Below, piece after piece: positions 29,099-39,101 of a DNA stretch of 64,000 bases. A program made the position numbers and the translations under genes. The notes under the pieces are model-generated. The model did not search any database and had not been told where the DNA came from. It worked only from the letters and a program-made list of their open reading frames with translations. Numbering within the stretch: position 1 is the stretch's first letter; the number at the start of each line of letters is the position of its first letter. The stretch is from a virus, in the IMG/VR virus record IMGVR_UViG_3300017987_000009, positions 27,589 through 91,588 of that record; one strand, written 5' to 3'.

Positions 29099-29199
29099 TG
29101 ACGGAGATTCTCGTGGGGATAGTCGCGATCGGGACTACGCTGGTCGGAGTCGCGGTCTTGACGGTCGTCGCCGTCGGTTGGGCGATTCGGAGGCTCTGA
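29098..29199 (+). CDS. Small single-pass membrane protein (33 aa, not in ORF track)
   Basis: MTEILVGIVAIGTTLVGVAVLTVVAVGWAIRRL; start and stop overlap both neighbours (TGATG). Confidence 0.5.
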   Translation: MTEILVGIVAIGTTLVGVAVLTVVAVGWAIRRL

Positions 29200-29687
29200 T
29201 GCCGAGGTCAATCTTGTTAGAGCCGCTGCCGGCCGATGGCATGTACGCGCTGCACCTGCCGGTGTCGTTCCAGGTCGGCGACCGGCTGTACCACATACCC
29301 AAGGGGTTCAAGACCGACGGCGCGTCGATCCCGCGGTTCGCGTGGTTCACGACCGGCACGCCGTTCGACCCGCGCCACATCCGGGCGGCGGTCATCCACG
29401 ACTTCATGTACCAGCACGGGGCGATCTCGCGGCAGCTCGCCGACGCGCTGTTCCGCGAGATGCTGCTCGAGGACGGCGTGCCGGAGTACCTGGCCGGGAA
29501 GATGTACTGGTCGCTCCGCCTGTTCGGGTGGGCGGCCTGGCGCGCGTACCGCAGGAACAAGCGGCGACGCTACACGGAGTTCTGCCCGGACTGCGACGTG
29601 CCGATGACCAAGGTGCCGGGCCCGCTCGGCGAGAACCAGCGGGTGATGTGCGAGCAGTGCGGCCGGACGCACAAGGTGTTCGAGTGA
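29199..29687 (+). CDS. DUF1353-family protein with C-terminal zinc ribbon
   Basis: IPKGFKTDGASIPR...AAVIHDFMY...ADALFREML; CPDC/CEQC tail. Confidence 0.8.
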   Translation: MPRSILLEPLPADGMYALHLPVSFQVGDRLYHIPKGFKTDGASIPRFAWFTTGTPFDPRHIRAAVIHDFMYQHGAISRQLADALFREMLLEDGVPEYLAGKMYWSLRLFGWAAWRAYRRNKRRRYTEFCPDCDVPMTKVPGPLGENQRVMCEQCGRTHKVFE

Positions 29688-30388
29688 TGGCGCGCGTCGG
29701 CAACAGGGTGCTCGGCGTCGACATCTCGCCGAACCACGCGGGGTTCGTCCTACTGAGCGACGGCGAGCCGACCCACTACCGGTACGTGGCCGAGCGGCAG
29801 GCTGTCGCGAAGAAGTCGAAGGCGCTCGGCGCCTATGTCGACTTCTCGAAGGTCAAGGACCTCCACGAGCGCGGGTGTCGGCGTGTCGCGTTCTGGTGGG
29901 ACTATCTCCAGCGGGTGCTCGTCGACTGCGAGCCGGAGTACGTCGGGATCGAGGACTACGCCTACGGCGCGGGGCGGAACGCGCACCAGATCGGCGAGGT
30001 CGGCGGGCTGCTGCGGCTCCTCGCCTGGCGGCGCGGCGTCAGACTACGGCTGCACGACCCGTCCAGCCTCAAGATGTTCGTCGCGCACGACGGCACGGCG
30101 GACAAGCGCGAAGTCGCGCACTTCGCGAAGGAGCGGTGGCACGACTGCCGTACGTTCGAGCGGTTCTCGTACGACACGCCGAAAGGCAGGCACACCACGA
30201 CGGAGGAGGACCTGTGCGAGGCGTTCGCGCTGGCCGAGCTCGTCTGGCTGGAGGTGCGCCTGCGCGACGGTCGCGCCAGGCTGGGCGACCTCCACCCGAA
30301 GGAGGTGCAGGTGTTCAACCGCGTGACCCACCGGTGGCAGTCCAACCTGCTCGACCGCGACTGGCTGCAGAGGAGGGACGCGCTGTGA
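29687..30388 (+). CDS. RuvC-like Holliday junction resolvase
   Basis: VLGVDIS, VGIEDY, LKMFV..GTADK, EDLCEAFALA RNase H-fold pattern. Confidence 0.85.
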   Translation: MARVGNRVLGVDISPNHAGFVLLSDGEPTHYRYVAERQAVAKKSKALGAYVDFSKVKDLHERGCRRVAFWWDYLQRVLVDCEPEYVGIEDYAYGAGRNAHQIGEVGGLLRLLAWRRGVRLRLHDPSSLKMFVAHDGTADKREVAHFAKERWHDCRTFERFSYDTPKGRHTTTEEDLCEAFALAELVWLEVRLRDGRARLGDLHPKEVQVFNRVTHRWQSNLLDRDWLQRRDAL

Positions 30389-30993
30389 GCGACGCGGCTT
30401 CCAAGCTGGACAGAGTCGTCCGCCGCTGGCGGAACTGCGAGGCGTGCCGGCTGTGCAAGGAGCGGACACGCGTCGTGTTCTGGCGCGGCAACCACATCGG
30501 CAAGCTGGCCGTGGTCGGCGAGGCGCCGGGCGCGGTCGAGGACGAGAGGGGCGAGCCGTTCCTCGGCGACGCCGGCGCGCTGTTCGACGAGCTCTGCGAG
30601 AGCGTGCTCGGGCCGGAGCCGTGGGACATGTTCGTCTGCAACACGGTCGGCTGCCGGCCGCCAGGCAACCGCAAGCCAAGGCCGGACGAGTTTCGGGCCT
30701 GCCGCGCCAGACTGTACGCGATGCTCGCGGCGGTCCGGCCAAACGCTGCGCTCCTGCTCGGCGCGTCGCCGCTCGAGTTCCTGACGCCGCACCGCAGGAT
30801 CACAGAGTGGCGTGGGCGGCAGGTGCGCGTGTCGTTCCCGTGGAAGGGGGGTAAGATTGAGATCCCCGCGGTGCCGACGCTGCACCCGGGGTTCCTGCTG
30901 AGGACGCGCGACGCGCGGCTGAACAGGGCGGTGGCTGCGGACATCAGAGAGGCTTGGTCGCTGGCCGCGGACAGCTACTTGAAAGGAGACTGA
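30385..30993 (+). CDS. Uracil-DNA glycosylase family 4 (Fe-S)
   Basis: CEACRLC, VGEAPG..E...GEPFLG.AG, NTVGCRPPGNRKP, PTLHPG. Confidence 0.92.
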   Translation: MSDAASKLDRVVRRWRNCEACRLCKERTRVVFWRGNHIGKLAVVGEAPGAVEDERGEPFLGDAGALFDELCESVLGPEPWDMFVCNTVGCRPPGNRKPRPDEFRACRARLYAMLAAVRPNAALLLGASPLEFLTPHRRITEWRGRQVRVSFPWKGGKIEIPAVPTLHPGFLLRTRDARLNRAVAADIREAWSLAADSYLKGD

Positions 30994-30994
30994 C

Positions 30995-31252
30995 ATGGGA
31001 GACTACATCGAGAACTTGGTCGAGCAGTTGCTCGGCAGCACGTGCAGGCTGGAGACGACGGACGGGTCTACCCGGATCGAGACCGTCTACTCGGTCGGCT
31101 GGAAGGAGATCGAGTTCAACGGCGAGACGGTCAGGTTCCCCGTCACGCTGTTCTTCGACCAGGGCGAGGTCGACGGCGTCGAGCTCCACCTGCTCAAGAG
31201 CGCGGAGGTCCTGGACCGAGACGCCGCGGACGACGGGGCGGAGGTGGCGTGA
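30995..31252 (+). CDS. Hypothetical protein
   Basis: AAGGAG RBS; compact acidic beta-rich ORF. Confidence 0.55.
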   Translation: MGDYIENLVEQLLGSTCRLETTDGSTRIETVYSVGWKEIEFNGETVRFPVTLFFDQGEVDGVELHLLKSAEVLDRDAADDGAEVA

Positions 31253-31929
31253 CAGAGAGGTCGTACCTGGCGTGGGTCGGCGTCGAGTACGCGCCGACGA
31301 TCGCGGACTTCGTGCGCGAGGCCGGGGAGGTCGGAGCGGCCAAGCGGCTGCCGAACCTCGGCGTCGCGCGCGGGCTCGCCAAGGACGGCGCGGTTATGTA
31401 CCTCGCGCATTCGCAGGGCGTCGGGCGCGTGTGCCTGGCCTGCGCCGAGCAGGTCCCGTGCCCGTTCTGCAAGGGCGACGGAGGCGAGGACTGTCGCCGG
31501 TGCCGCGGGCTCGGCGCGGTCGAGGTCGGCACCGGCGGGTACGCGGTCGTCGACGGCGAGCGGTGGTTCTACGTACGGTACATCAAGCTGAAGCGGCACA
31601 CGTCGCACCCGTTCTGGGACGACGAGCACGAGATCGGAGAGGTGTCGTACTGCCGCGAGTGCGGCGGGCGCGGGTCGATCCCGCAGGGCCTGGTGTTCGC
31701 GAGGTTCAGGCCGGAGGTCCTGGCCGTCGGAATCCCGGGCGACGAGCCCGGCGTCCGGTACGTCGCGCTGGCGGAGTCGGCGTCGATGCCGCGTCTGGGC
31801 GGCGAGCTGAGGGCCGGGTACTACGCCGACGTGACGGAGCTCGAGCTTCTCGAGGAGCCGGTCCCGTACCTCGGCAAGCACTTCCGCGGCGTGAAGCGGT
31901 GGTCGCCGGACTTGGAGGGCGAGAGCTGA
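31249..31929 (+). CDS. Hypothetical protein with DnaJ-type CxxCxGxG zinc repeats
   Basis: CPFCKGDG, CRRCRGLG, CRECGGRG. Confidence 0.65.
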   Translation: MTERSYLAWVGVEYAPTIADFVREAGEVGAAKRLPNLGVARGLAKDGAVMYLAHSQGVGRVCLACAEQVPCPFCKGDGGEDCRRCRGLGAVEVGTGGYAVVDGERWFYVRYIKLKRHTSHPFWDDEHEIGEVSYCRECGGRGSIPQGLVFARFRPEVLAVGIPGDEPGVRYVALAESASMPRLGGELRAGYYADVTELELLEEPVPYLGKHFRGVKRWSPDLEGES

Positions 31930-32064
31930 TGCTGTATATTGCAGGACGGGCGCCGAGCCTTCTCGCCTTCTTGTCCAAGGGGCGTCGCCACGTCCCTCTA
32001 GCCGGGCAACCCCACCGCCCGTCGAAAAGAGAGGCGCGGCGCCCCCTTACTTCGGGAGACGGCG

Positions 32065-32472
32065 ATGCGCGAGCACGGCAAGCACATCAAGATCCAGGTG
32101 TACGGCGTCGAGTTCGGGAAGCTGAAGGACGTCGCGCTGATGGAGCGGCTGCTCGTCGACCTGGTCCGCGCGACCGGGATGCGCGAGCTCGACGAGCCGT
32201 GGGTGTACGACATCAGGGAACAGCTGGAAACGCGGGGCGAGGAGCCGGACCCGGACGAGCCGGAGGGTGTGACCGGAATCGTCGTCCTGTCGACGTCGCA
32301 CGTCGCGGTTCACACGTGGCCGCACCGCGGGTACGCCGTGTTCGACGTATACTCCTGCAGGGACTTCGACTCGGCACCGGCGACGCAGGAGATCGCGCGG
32401 ACGCTTGTGCCGAGGCACGACAAGGTCGACGACCTGAGCTACTCGCTCGAGATGCCGGAGGCGCCGACCTGA
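32065..32472 (+). CDS. speD: S-adenosylmethionine decarboxylase-family proenzyme
   Basis: HGKH, GVTGIVVLSTSHVAVHTWP..GYAVFDVYSC, the class 1B pyruvoyl decarboxylase signature. Confidence 0.85.
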   Translation: MREHGKHIKIQVYGVEFGKLKDVALMERLLVDLVRATGMRELDEPWVYDIREQLETRGEEPDPDEPEGVTGIVVLSTSHVAVHTWPHRGYAVFDVYSCRDFDSAPATQEIARTLVPRHDKVDDLSYSLEMPEAPT

Positions 32473-32485
32473 AAGGGGCCTGGCT

Positions 32486-33145
32486 GTGAGGTGCTTAGCT
32501 TTGTTGATACTGGCCGCGCTCGTCGCGTCGACCGCGGCCGCGCGGCCGACGCCGCTGCCGCTCGACCAGTGGACGCCGAGGGCGCACGTGTGGCTCGCGC
32601 GGGGGATGGTTGCCGAGGCCGGCTGGCTGGCGGAGCGGGACCACGTGGCTATCGCGTACGTGCTGGCGCGGCGGTGGAACGCTCGCGTGAGGAGGTACCC
32701 GCGCATAAGGTTCGTCGACATCATCCGGGCGTACTGCGCGGGGCTGGAGCCGGGGCTGCACTCGCCGACGCGACGTCAGCGGTGGCTGCGCTCGCTGTCG
32801 TTCGACTTCGCGCAGCCTGAGGCGTGGCCGAAGAAGGCGTCTTGGAGGCGCCACAAGCCGCTCTGGAGGGCCGCGCTTCAGCGGTCGCACGACTGGTCGC
32901 GCGGCAAGTTCCGCGACCCGTGCCGCGGCTTGGCGTGGCACTGGGGCGGGTACATCGACCCCGCCCGCGGCAAGATGGTTCCCGTGGCGTGCGGCGACAC
33001 GCGCAACACGTTCTACGGGCTGGACAACGGACAAGGAGGTGGAGACCATGAAGACGGGAAAGAAGACGGGGAAGACGACGGCGGCGGGCGAGACGAGCGT
33101 GACCAGGTCGCTGAAGCGCAGTGGGCGGAACGCCGGAGCGGATAG
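32486..33145 (+). CDS. Secreted cell-wall hydrolase-like protein (SleB/Hydrolase_2-like)
   Basis: Signal-peptide-like N-terminus; WLARGMVAEAG...VAIAYVLARR resembles the LAR..xxEA...AVA.V..NR core. Confidence 0.5.
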   Translation: MRCLALLILAALVASTAAARPTPLPLDQWTPRAHVWLARGMVAEAGWLAERDHVAIAYVLARRWNARVRRYPRIRFVDIIRAYCAGLEPGLHSPTRRQRWLRSLSFDFAQPEAWPKKASWRRHKPLWRAALQRSHDWSRGKFRDPCRGLAWHWGGYIDPARGKMVPVACGDTRNTFYGLDNGQGGGDHEDGKEDGEDDGGGRDERDQVAEAQWAERRSG

Positions 33146-36100
33146 CGGCTCGCAGTCGACGACGCCCGAGGAGATCGAAGGGGCGGTCGCGGAGGCGAGC
33201 TGCAGCGTAGGCCGGACCGTGCAGCCCGCGCAGTTCGAGGCGCTGAAGGTCGAGGTCGGCGTGAGGCTGCCGTGCTCGGTCGAGGACGCGACCAGCGGCG
33301 AGGCGCACCGCAGGGCGTTCGAGCTGTGCCGGCGCGAGCTGCGAGACCAGCTCGAGCGCGGCACCGAGGGACTGGAGTGATGGCCCGCCGCAAGCGGATA
33401 TCCAAGAGCGTCGCGAAGCTGTCGACGCTCGCGGAGCTCGAGGAGTCGAAGCTGAGAGCGTGCCTCGGGCGGGTGGTCGCTGGCGCGACCGAGGCGTTGG
33501 CCGGCGAGGGCCGGGTCTCGCTCGCGAACATGAACGCGATGCACGAGGCGACGCGCTCGGCGACTCATTGCGCGGGGCGCTTGCACGGGTTCCGCGTCGC
33601 GATCGCCGCGCTGTCCGAGCTCGACGAGCCGGTCGTCGCCGGCGTCACGATCTCGGCCAAGGACGCCGCGTCCGGCGTGTCCGGGCGGGCCGGCGACGAC
33701 GACGACCTGGGCGAGGTGCGCTGATGGCCTTCGAGATCGAGGGCGCGCGGTGCATCCACGAGAAGGGCGACGCGATCCTAGTCGAGGCGCCAGACTTTGA
33801 CGAGCCCGAGTGGATCCCGCAGTCGCAGATCGACGACGACAGCGAGGTCTACAAGCGCGGGACGGAGGGCACGCTTATCGTGACCGACTGGCTCGCGGAG
33901 AAGCGGGGCTGGCTGTGAGCGTCGACGCCGAGATGAACACGCGCTGGCTGAAGGCCGTGAGCTGCATGTCGCTCGCGGTCGCGGTCGGCTACCTCCTTGA
34001 CTACGCGCTGCACGGCGAGGTGACAAGCGACGGCGTCGTGGTGTTCCTGCTGATGTTGCTGGTCGCGTTCGAGTTCGACAAGCTGCTGCGCGAGCGCGAC
34101 CGCCGGAGGCGCGAGGAGATGGAGAGGCGCGGGGTGTCGGAGTGAGCCGCGAGCGAATGGAGTCTAGCGTCAGGCGCGCGATCGGCAGCAAGCCGGAGCT
34201 GCACGGCTGTTGCGTCGCCGCGAGGCGGTACCTGCGGACCTCGTGCGACTCGCTCCAGTGGACGTGGCACTTCGTCGATCCGTTCGTCCGCGTGCGGTCG
34301 GGCGCGCAGGACCCGATCGTCGTCTACTGCCCGTGGTGCGGCGAGAAGCTGCCGGAGCGCGGGCGCCTGCGGGTGACGGAGGTGGGAGATGAACGCCAAG
34401 ACGGCTAAGCTGCTGAGGGAGTACGCGGCCGCCGCGCTGCCGCAGCCGGTACGGCGGAAGTACCCGGCGATGGTCGGCCAGCTGCAGCGCGCGCTGAAGG
34501 TATGGTGGAACGCTTACCTGAGCGCGAAGGAGCGCGAGGAGTTCCGCAGGCTCGCGGAGAGGCTGGGGCCGCTGCCGGACCGGCTCAAGCGGTTCGCCCG
34601 CGACCGCGGGATCATCGTCGAGTGGCCGCGGCTGATGGAGAGGGGCGAGCCAAAGAAACCGCGCCGCCGCGACTGGGGCAAGCCGAAGTCGTGGCGGCAC
34701 AGGCAGTACGGGCCGAGGAGGGCGCGATGAAGGAGCGAGGCGACGTCGAGGTGTTGGAGTCGGACCTCACCGATGGTCGTTGGACTCTGAAGATTCGAGT
34801 CCACGACGACCGGTTGTGGAAGATAATCAAGGGAGAGTACCGACCGTGGTGGCTACGAGTGGTCAACTTTTTCCGGTGGCTGTTTCGCTTGCCGCCTATC
34901 CACGGACGTCGCGTGGGGGCGTTCTCGATCGGCGGCAAGGTGGAAGGAAGGGCGCGATGAAGGAAGGCGGGAAGCTGACGGAGGAGCAGGCGGACCGGTT
35001 CATCGAGCTGGCTTGCGACGAGTCGAAGGTGCTGCGGGACATCAAGGCCGTGTGGACGTGCCCGCACTGGCAGATTCCGATACGCGCGACGATCGGGCGC
35101 CTCGCCTTCGAGCTGAAGTTCCACGCGAGGCGCTGGGAGTACCTGGACGCGGGCGAGGAGCCGAGGCACGCGGAGCTGGTGCGGTCGCTCGCCGACAAGC
35201 TGGAGCGGCTGGAGCGGTTCCTGTGTGGAGGTCTGCGATGAGCGAAGAGAAGAGCGAAGAGAAGGTCGACGACCTGCTCGACCGCCTCGGCCGGTTCGAG
35301 GTGATCAGCGTGTTCATGGAGGAGAATACCCGCGACGTGCTCCGCGTCATGGCGCGCTGCGTCGTGCTGCGGTGCGAGTACTCGTACCACGAGCGCGTGT
35401 TCAAGTACGTCGCGTACTCGCCGGACTTCGACCCGATCCCGGAGGGCGCGCGGGCGCCGGAGTACGCGTGGCAGTTCGACACCGTGGCGGGGACGCTGCG
35501 CGCGATCCGCCTGTCGGCGGGAGGCTCCGGTGGACCTTGAGCGCGTGAGGCGGTACCGCGACGGCCTGCCGCGCCGGCACGTGAAGCTCGCGCGGATACG
35601 GGCGCACGACGCGTTCGACGTGCTGTGGCGGCGCGGGTACATGAGCCGGCCGGCGGCGTACGCCTGGCTGTCGCGCGAGATGGGCGTCGACGAGGCGCAC
35701 ATGAAGACGATGGGCTGCGAGGAGTGCGAGCGCGTGGTCGAGCTCGTCGAGGAGCTGCTCCGAGACCTGGCTGTGGAGACGATGCCGCCAGAGTCGTTCG
35801 AGGGCTTGGAGGGACAATAGATGGCGAAGCGGATACAGGCGGCTAACAGCTTCACGAAGGACCAGGTGCAGATTCTCGCGTTCGTCGTAGACACGCTGCT
35901 GCGCGGCGGCGACGCGCGCATGGCGGTCAGGCACAAGGCGTTCGCTGGCCTGGCGGCGAAGGTCCACAAGATGAGGGACACGGTCCGCTCGCTCGAGCGG
36001 AAGAGACAAGGAGGCAAGGATGGGACAGTCAAAAATGGCGAAGGCGACGGCTAGGCGTGCGGTCTTGGCGGTTGTCGGCTGGATCAGCGAGAACGGGCCG

Positions 36101-36906
36101 CTCGCCGGCCGGTGGGACCGGATGGGCGCGAGCGACCGAGCAGCGGTGGTCGACGACCTGGTCGACGTCGTCGCGCCGCTGTGCGAGTCGCTAGTCGACA
36201 GGGCTGGCGAGCTGGCCGACGACGAGGTCGCCACGCTGCTGTCGGCACTGGCCGGCGCGCGCGGCCACCGGAACCTGGCCGAGACGCTGGCGGAGCTGCA
36301 TCGCGGCATGCTCGGTGAGGCGACGCGCGGCGGGTTCGAGATCGTCGGAGCGCGCGAACTCGCGGAGCTGAAGGCCGTGTGGGCGGATAGGGTTGAAGTG
36401 GGCGAGGCGCCGGCGGAGGCGAGGTTGAAGTCGGAGGACGACGACGCGCCGCCGTTCGCCCCGTCGTTCCTGGACCTGACGCAGACGGTCTACTACCTGC
36501 ACGACCGCGGCGCGCGCAATGTGGACGTCGCGGCCGACCGGATCAGGGCCGACTTCGGCGGCGAGCGGCGCGACGCCCCGCCGCATGACGCCGTCGACCA
36601 GATGCTCGACCCGTCGCCGCAGACGTGCGACTGCGGCAAGCGGATGAGGTACGAGAGCGTGGAGGACGGGAACGACGTCTGGCGCTGCGAGTGCGGGGCC
36701 GTGCGCGCGGTTCTCAAGGAGAAGAGGCTGTGAGCGGCGCGCCAAGGTGCCGGAGGTGCGGGGCGGCGATGCGCTGGCTTTCGGCATACGGGTTGCCGGG
36801 CAAGGACTTCTGGTGCTGCCCGTCCTGCGGGGGCGAGGCGCCGCTGCGCTCCTGGTGGCGCCGCGTCGTCGACAAGGCGCGGAGGCTCCTGGCGTGTACG
36901 CCCTGA
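33048..36906 (+). other. Run of about 13 short, translationally coupled hypothetical genes (33048-33380, 33380-33724, 33724-33918, 33915-34145, 34142-34408, 34389-34730, 34727-34960, 34957-35241, 35238-35540, 35530-35820, 35821-36054, 36020-36733, ~36730-36906)
   Basis: Successive ATGA/GTGA/TGATG overlaps and GGAG RBSs; several have CxxC ribbons or TM helices. Confidence 0.65.
35530..35820 (+). CDS. DUF3268-like protein
   Basis: ARIRAHDAFDVLWR...SRPAAYAWLSREMG...H...M...C pattern. Confidence 0.65.
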   Translation: MDLERVRRYRDGLPRRHVKLARIRAHDAFDVLWRRGYMSRPAAYAWLSREMGVDEAHMKTMGCEECERVVELVEELLRDLAVETMPPESFEGLEGQ

Positions 36907-37496
36907 CGGTCAGGCAGCCGTGGGCGCACGCGATCGCGCACCTCGGCAAGGACGTCGAGAACCGGACGCGCGCCCCGAACCGCGACGCTGTCGGCCAGCG
37001 CGTCGCGATCCACGCGGGCTACTACTACGAGGCCGACGAGGACATGCTCGCGCTGGCGCGGATCGTCGGCGTCGGGAGCCTGCCATATCGCTCGTCGTTC
37101 CGGCGCGGAGGCCTCGTCGCGGTGGCCACGATCGCCGGCTGGTTCAAGCTCAAGGGCGGGCGCGTGACGAGAAGCGCCGGAGGCGCTACACTGATCGCCG
37201 AAGCCAGGGAGAGTCGCTGGGCGGCGGGCCCGTGCTGCTGGGTCCTGCGGGACACCGTCGCGCTGCGGGAACCGGTGCTGGCGAGCGGGAGGCAGGGGCT
37301 GTGGAGACTGGACGGGCGGCAGGAGGAGGCGCTGCGGGCGGCGCTGGAGGAGCAAGGTGAGCGAGCACCTCGCGGAGTCGATGTGGGCGCGGCTGCAGGG
37401 GGTCCTGCCGTCGTGCTACCGGGTCCTACCGTGGCGGGACCTGCCGGCGTCGGCGCGCGAGCGGATGGCGAGGGAGGCCGCCGGGCTGGCGGCTGA
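36894..37496 (+). CDS. ASCH/PUA-domain protein
   Basis: ALTVRQPWAHAI...GKDVENR...IHAG...GPCCWVL...GRQGLW. Confidence 0.85.
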   Translation: MYALTVRQPWAHAIAHLGKDVENRTRAPNRDAVGQRVAIHAGYYYEADEDMLALARIVGVGSLPYRSSFRRGGLVAVATIAGWFKLKGGRVTRSAGGATLIAEARESRWAAGPCCWVLRDTVALREPVLASGRQGLWRLDGRQEEALRAALEEQGERAPRGVDVGAAAGGPAVVLPGPTVAGPAGVGARADGEGGRRAGG

Positions 37497-39101
37497 GTTC
37501 GGGCGAGGAGGAGAGGACATGGTAGGCAGGCAGCTGGCGGACGAGCGGCTCACGCGCGACAGGGTCGCAGCGGCGGCCGCGAGGATCGTCTCGATACGCG
37601 GCCGCGCGGAGGCCGGCGAGGAGCTCCCGGTCGCCGACGTGTCGTGGATGGCGGACTACGCGCTGAGGCTGGCCGGCGCGTCGCACGAGATGCTGAAGGC
37701 GGTGCGGCGCTGGAGCGACCCGACATTCAAGAAGCGGGTCGACCTCGAGAGGGCGCTGAGGGACGAGGACGCCGAGTGACGGCGCGCAATGCGGGAGACG
37801 CGAGGTTCGCGCTGCCGGTCGAGAGCTACGCGCTCGACGGGCCGTGGCTGTGGCTGCGCGCCGGCCCCGGCCTGGCCGTCGCGTGCCGCCGGTGCTGCGA
37901 GCTCGGCGAGCGGCCGGCGCCGATCCGGGCGCACATCGACACGCGCGCCTGGAGGCACGCGCTGGTCTGCGCGACATGCGGCGCATGGGTTTGGAGCGGC
38001 TCGCGCCTCGTGGTGTTCCGCGAGGGGCGGCTGGCGAACTGAGGACGACGGACGACGAAAGGACGGTGTCTACGATGAGCAGAGAGGGCGAGAGGGAGCT
38101 CAGGACGCTGACGGTGAAGCTGTCGGCGAAGGAGCGGGCCAAGCGGGCGGACGAGTTCGCGGAGGCGGACGAGGAGATCGACCGGCTAGCCGGCGAGAAG
38201 AAGGAGGAGGGCGCGCGGTACAACGAGCTGATCGCGGACGCGGTCGAGAAGAAGAACCGGCTGCGCAAGGAGGTCCGCGCCGGCGAGGAGGAGAAGGAGG
38301 TCGAGTGCGAGTGGCGGCCGGACTGGACGGCGAAGGAGTGGCTGCTGAAGCGGCTGGACAGCGGCGCGGTCGCCGACCGCGAGACGATGTCGCGCGCGGA
38401 CCTGTCGCCGGAGCTGGACCTCGAGGACGGCGGCGGAGACGGCGGCGGAGACGGCGGGGACGCGGCGTGACGGTCGACGAGCGGGAGCTGAGGGTCGAGA
38501 TCGAGTGGGAGATCGCGGAGTCCCTGCGCCGGTACGTCGGCCGCGTCGTCACCCCGCGGCTGAAGTCGGAGGTGCGCGCCGACGCCGTGCGCGCCGCGAT
38601 CGGCGTGCTGCGCCGGCGCGGCCTCCGGCACTCGGACGGCCTCGAGGAGAGGGCGGGAGCCGCCGCCGACCGCGCGATCCGCGAGGTGTGGCCGTGACGG
38701 CGGGCGCCACGCGGGAAACCGCCGCCAAGGAGGGGCGCGCGACGGCCGCGAGGCGCGGCCCGCTCCGGGGCCGCGAGCTGCTGGCGGCGGAGCTGCGCGC
38801 GAACCTGCCGGGCGCCGCCGGCGAGGAGCTGGCGCGGCAGGCCCGGGCGGGCGGCTTCCACTGCCAGGACGGGCGCGCGACGGCCGCGCTGCTCGACGCG
38901 GCGGCCGGCTGCCGCCAGCAGGGCCGCGGCCGCGCGCGGGGCCGCGCGACCGCCGGCGCCTACGACGAGCCGCCCGACCGCCGGGCCGCAGTGCGACGCC
39001 TGCGAGGCACCGCCACGCCCGCGACCGACACGAACACGCCGACGTCGGCCCCGGGCGAGCGACGCCCGCCCACGCCGCCGCCGGGCGCCGGCGCCCGCTA
39101 G
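37357..39101 (+). other. Five coupled hypothetical genes (37357-37779, ~37776-38042, 38075-38470, ~38467-38697, ~38694-39101)
   Basis: GTGA overlaps and RBSs; the last ORF degenerates into low-complexity sequence. Confidence 0.55.

Noticed and set aside
38426-38460. 12-bp tandem repeat encoding DGGG
   Set aside because: Ordinary low-complexity protein tail.
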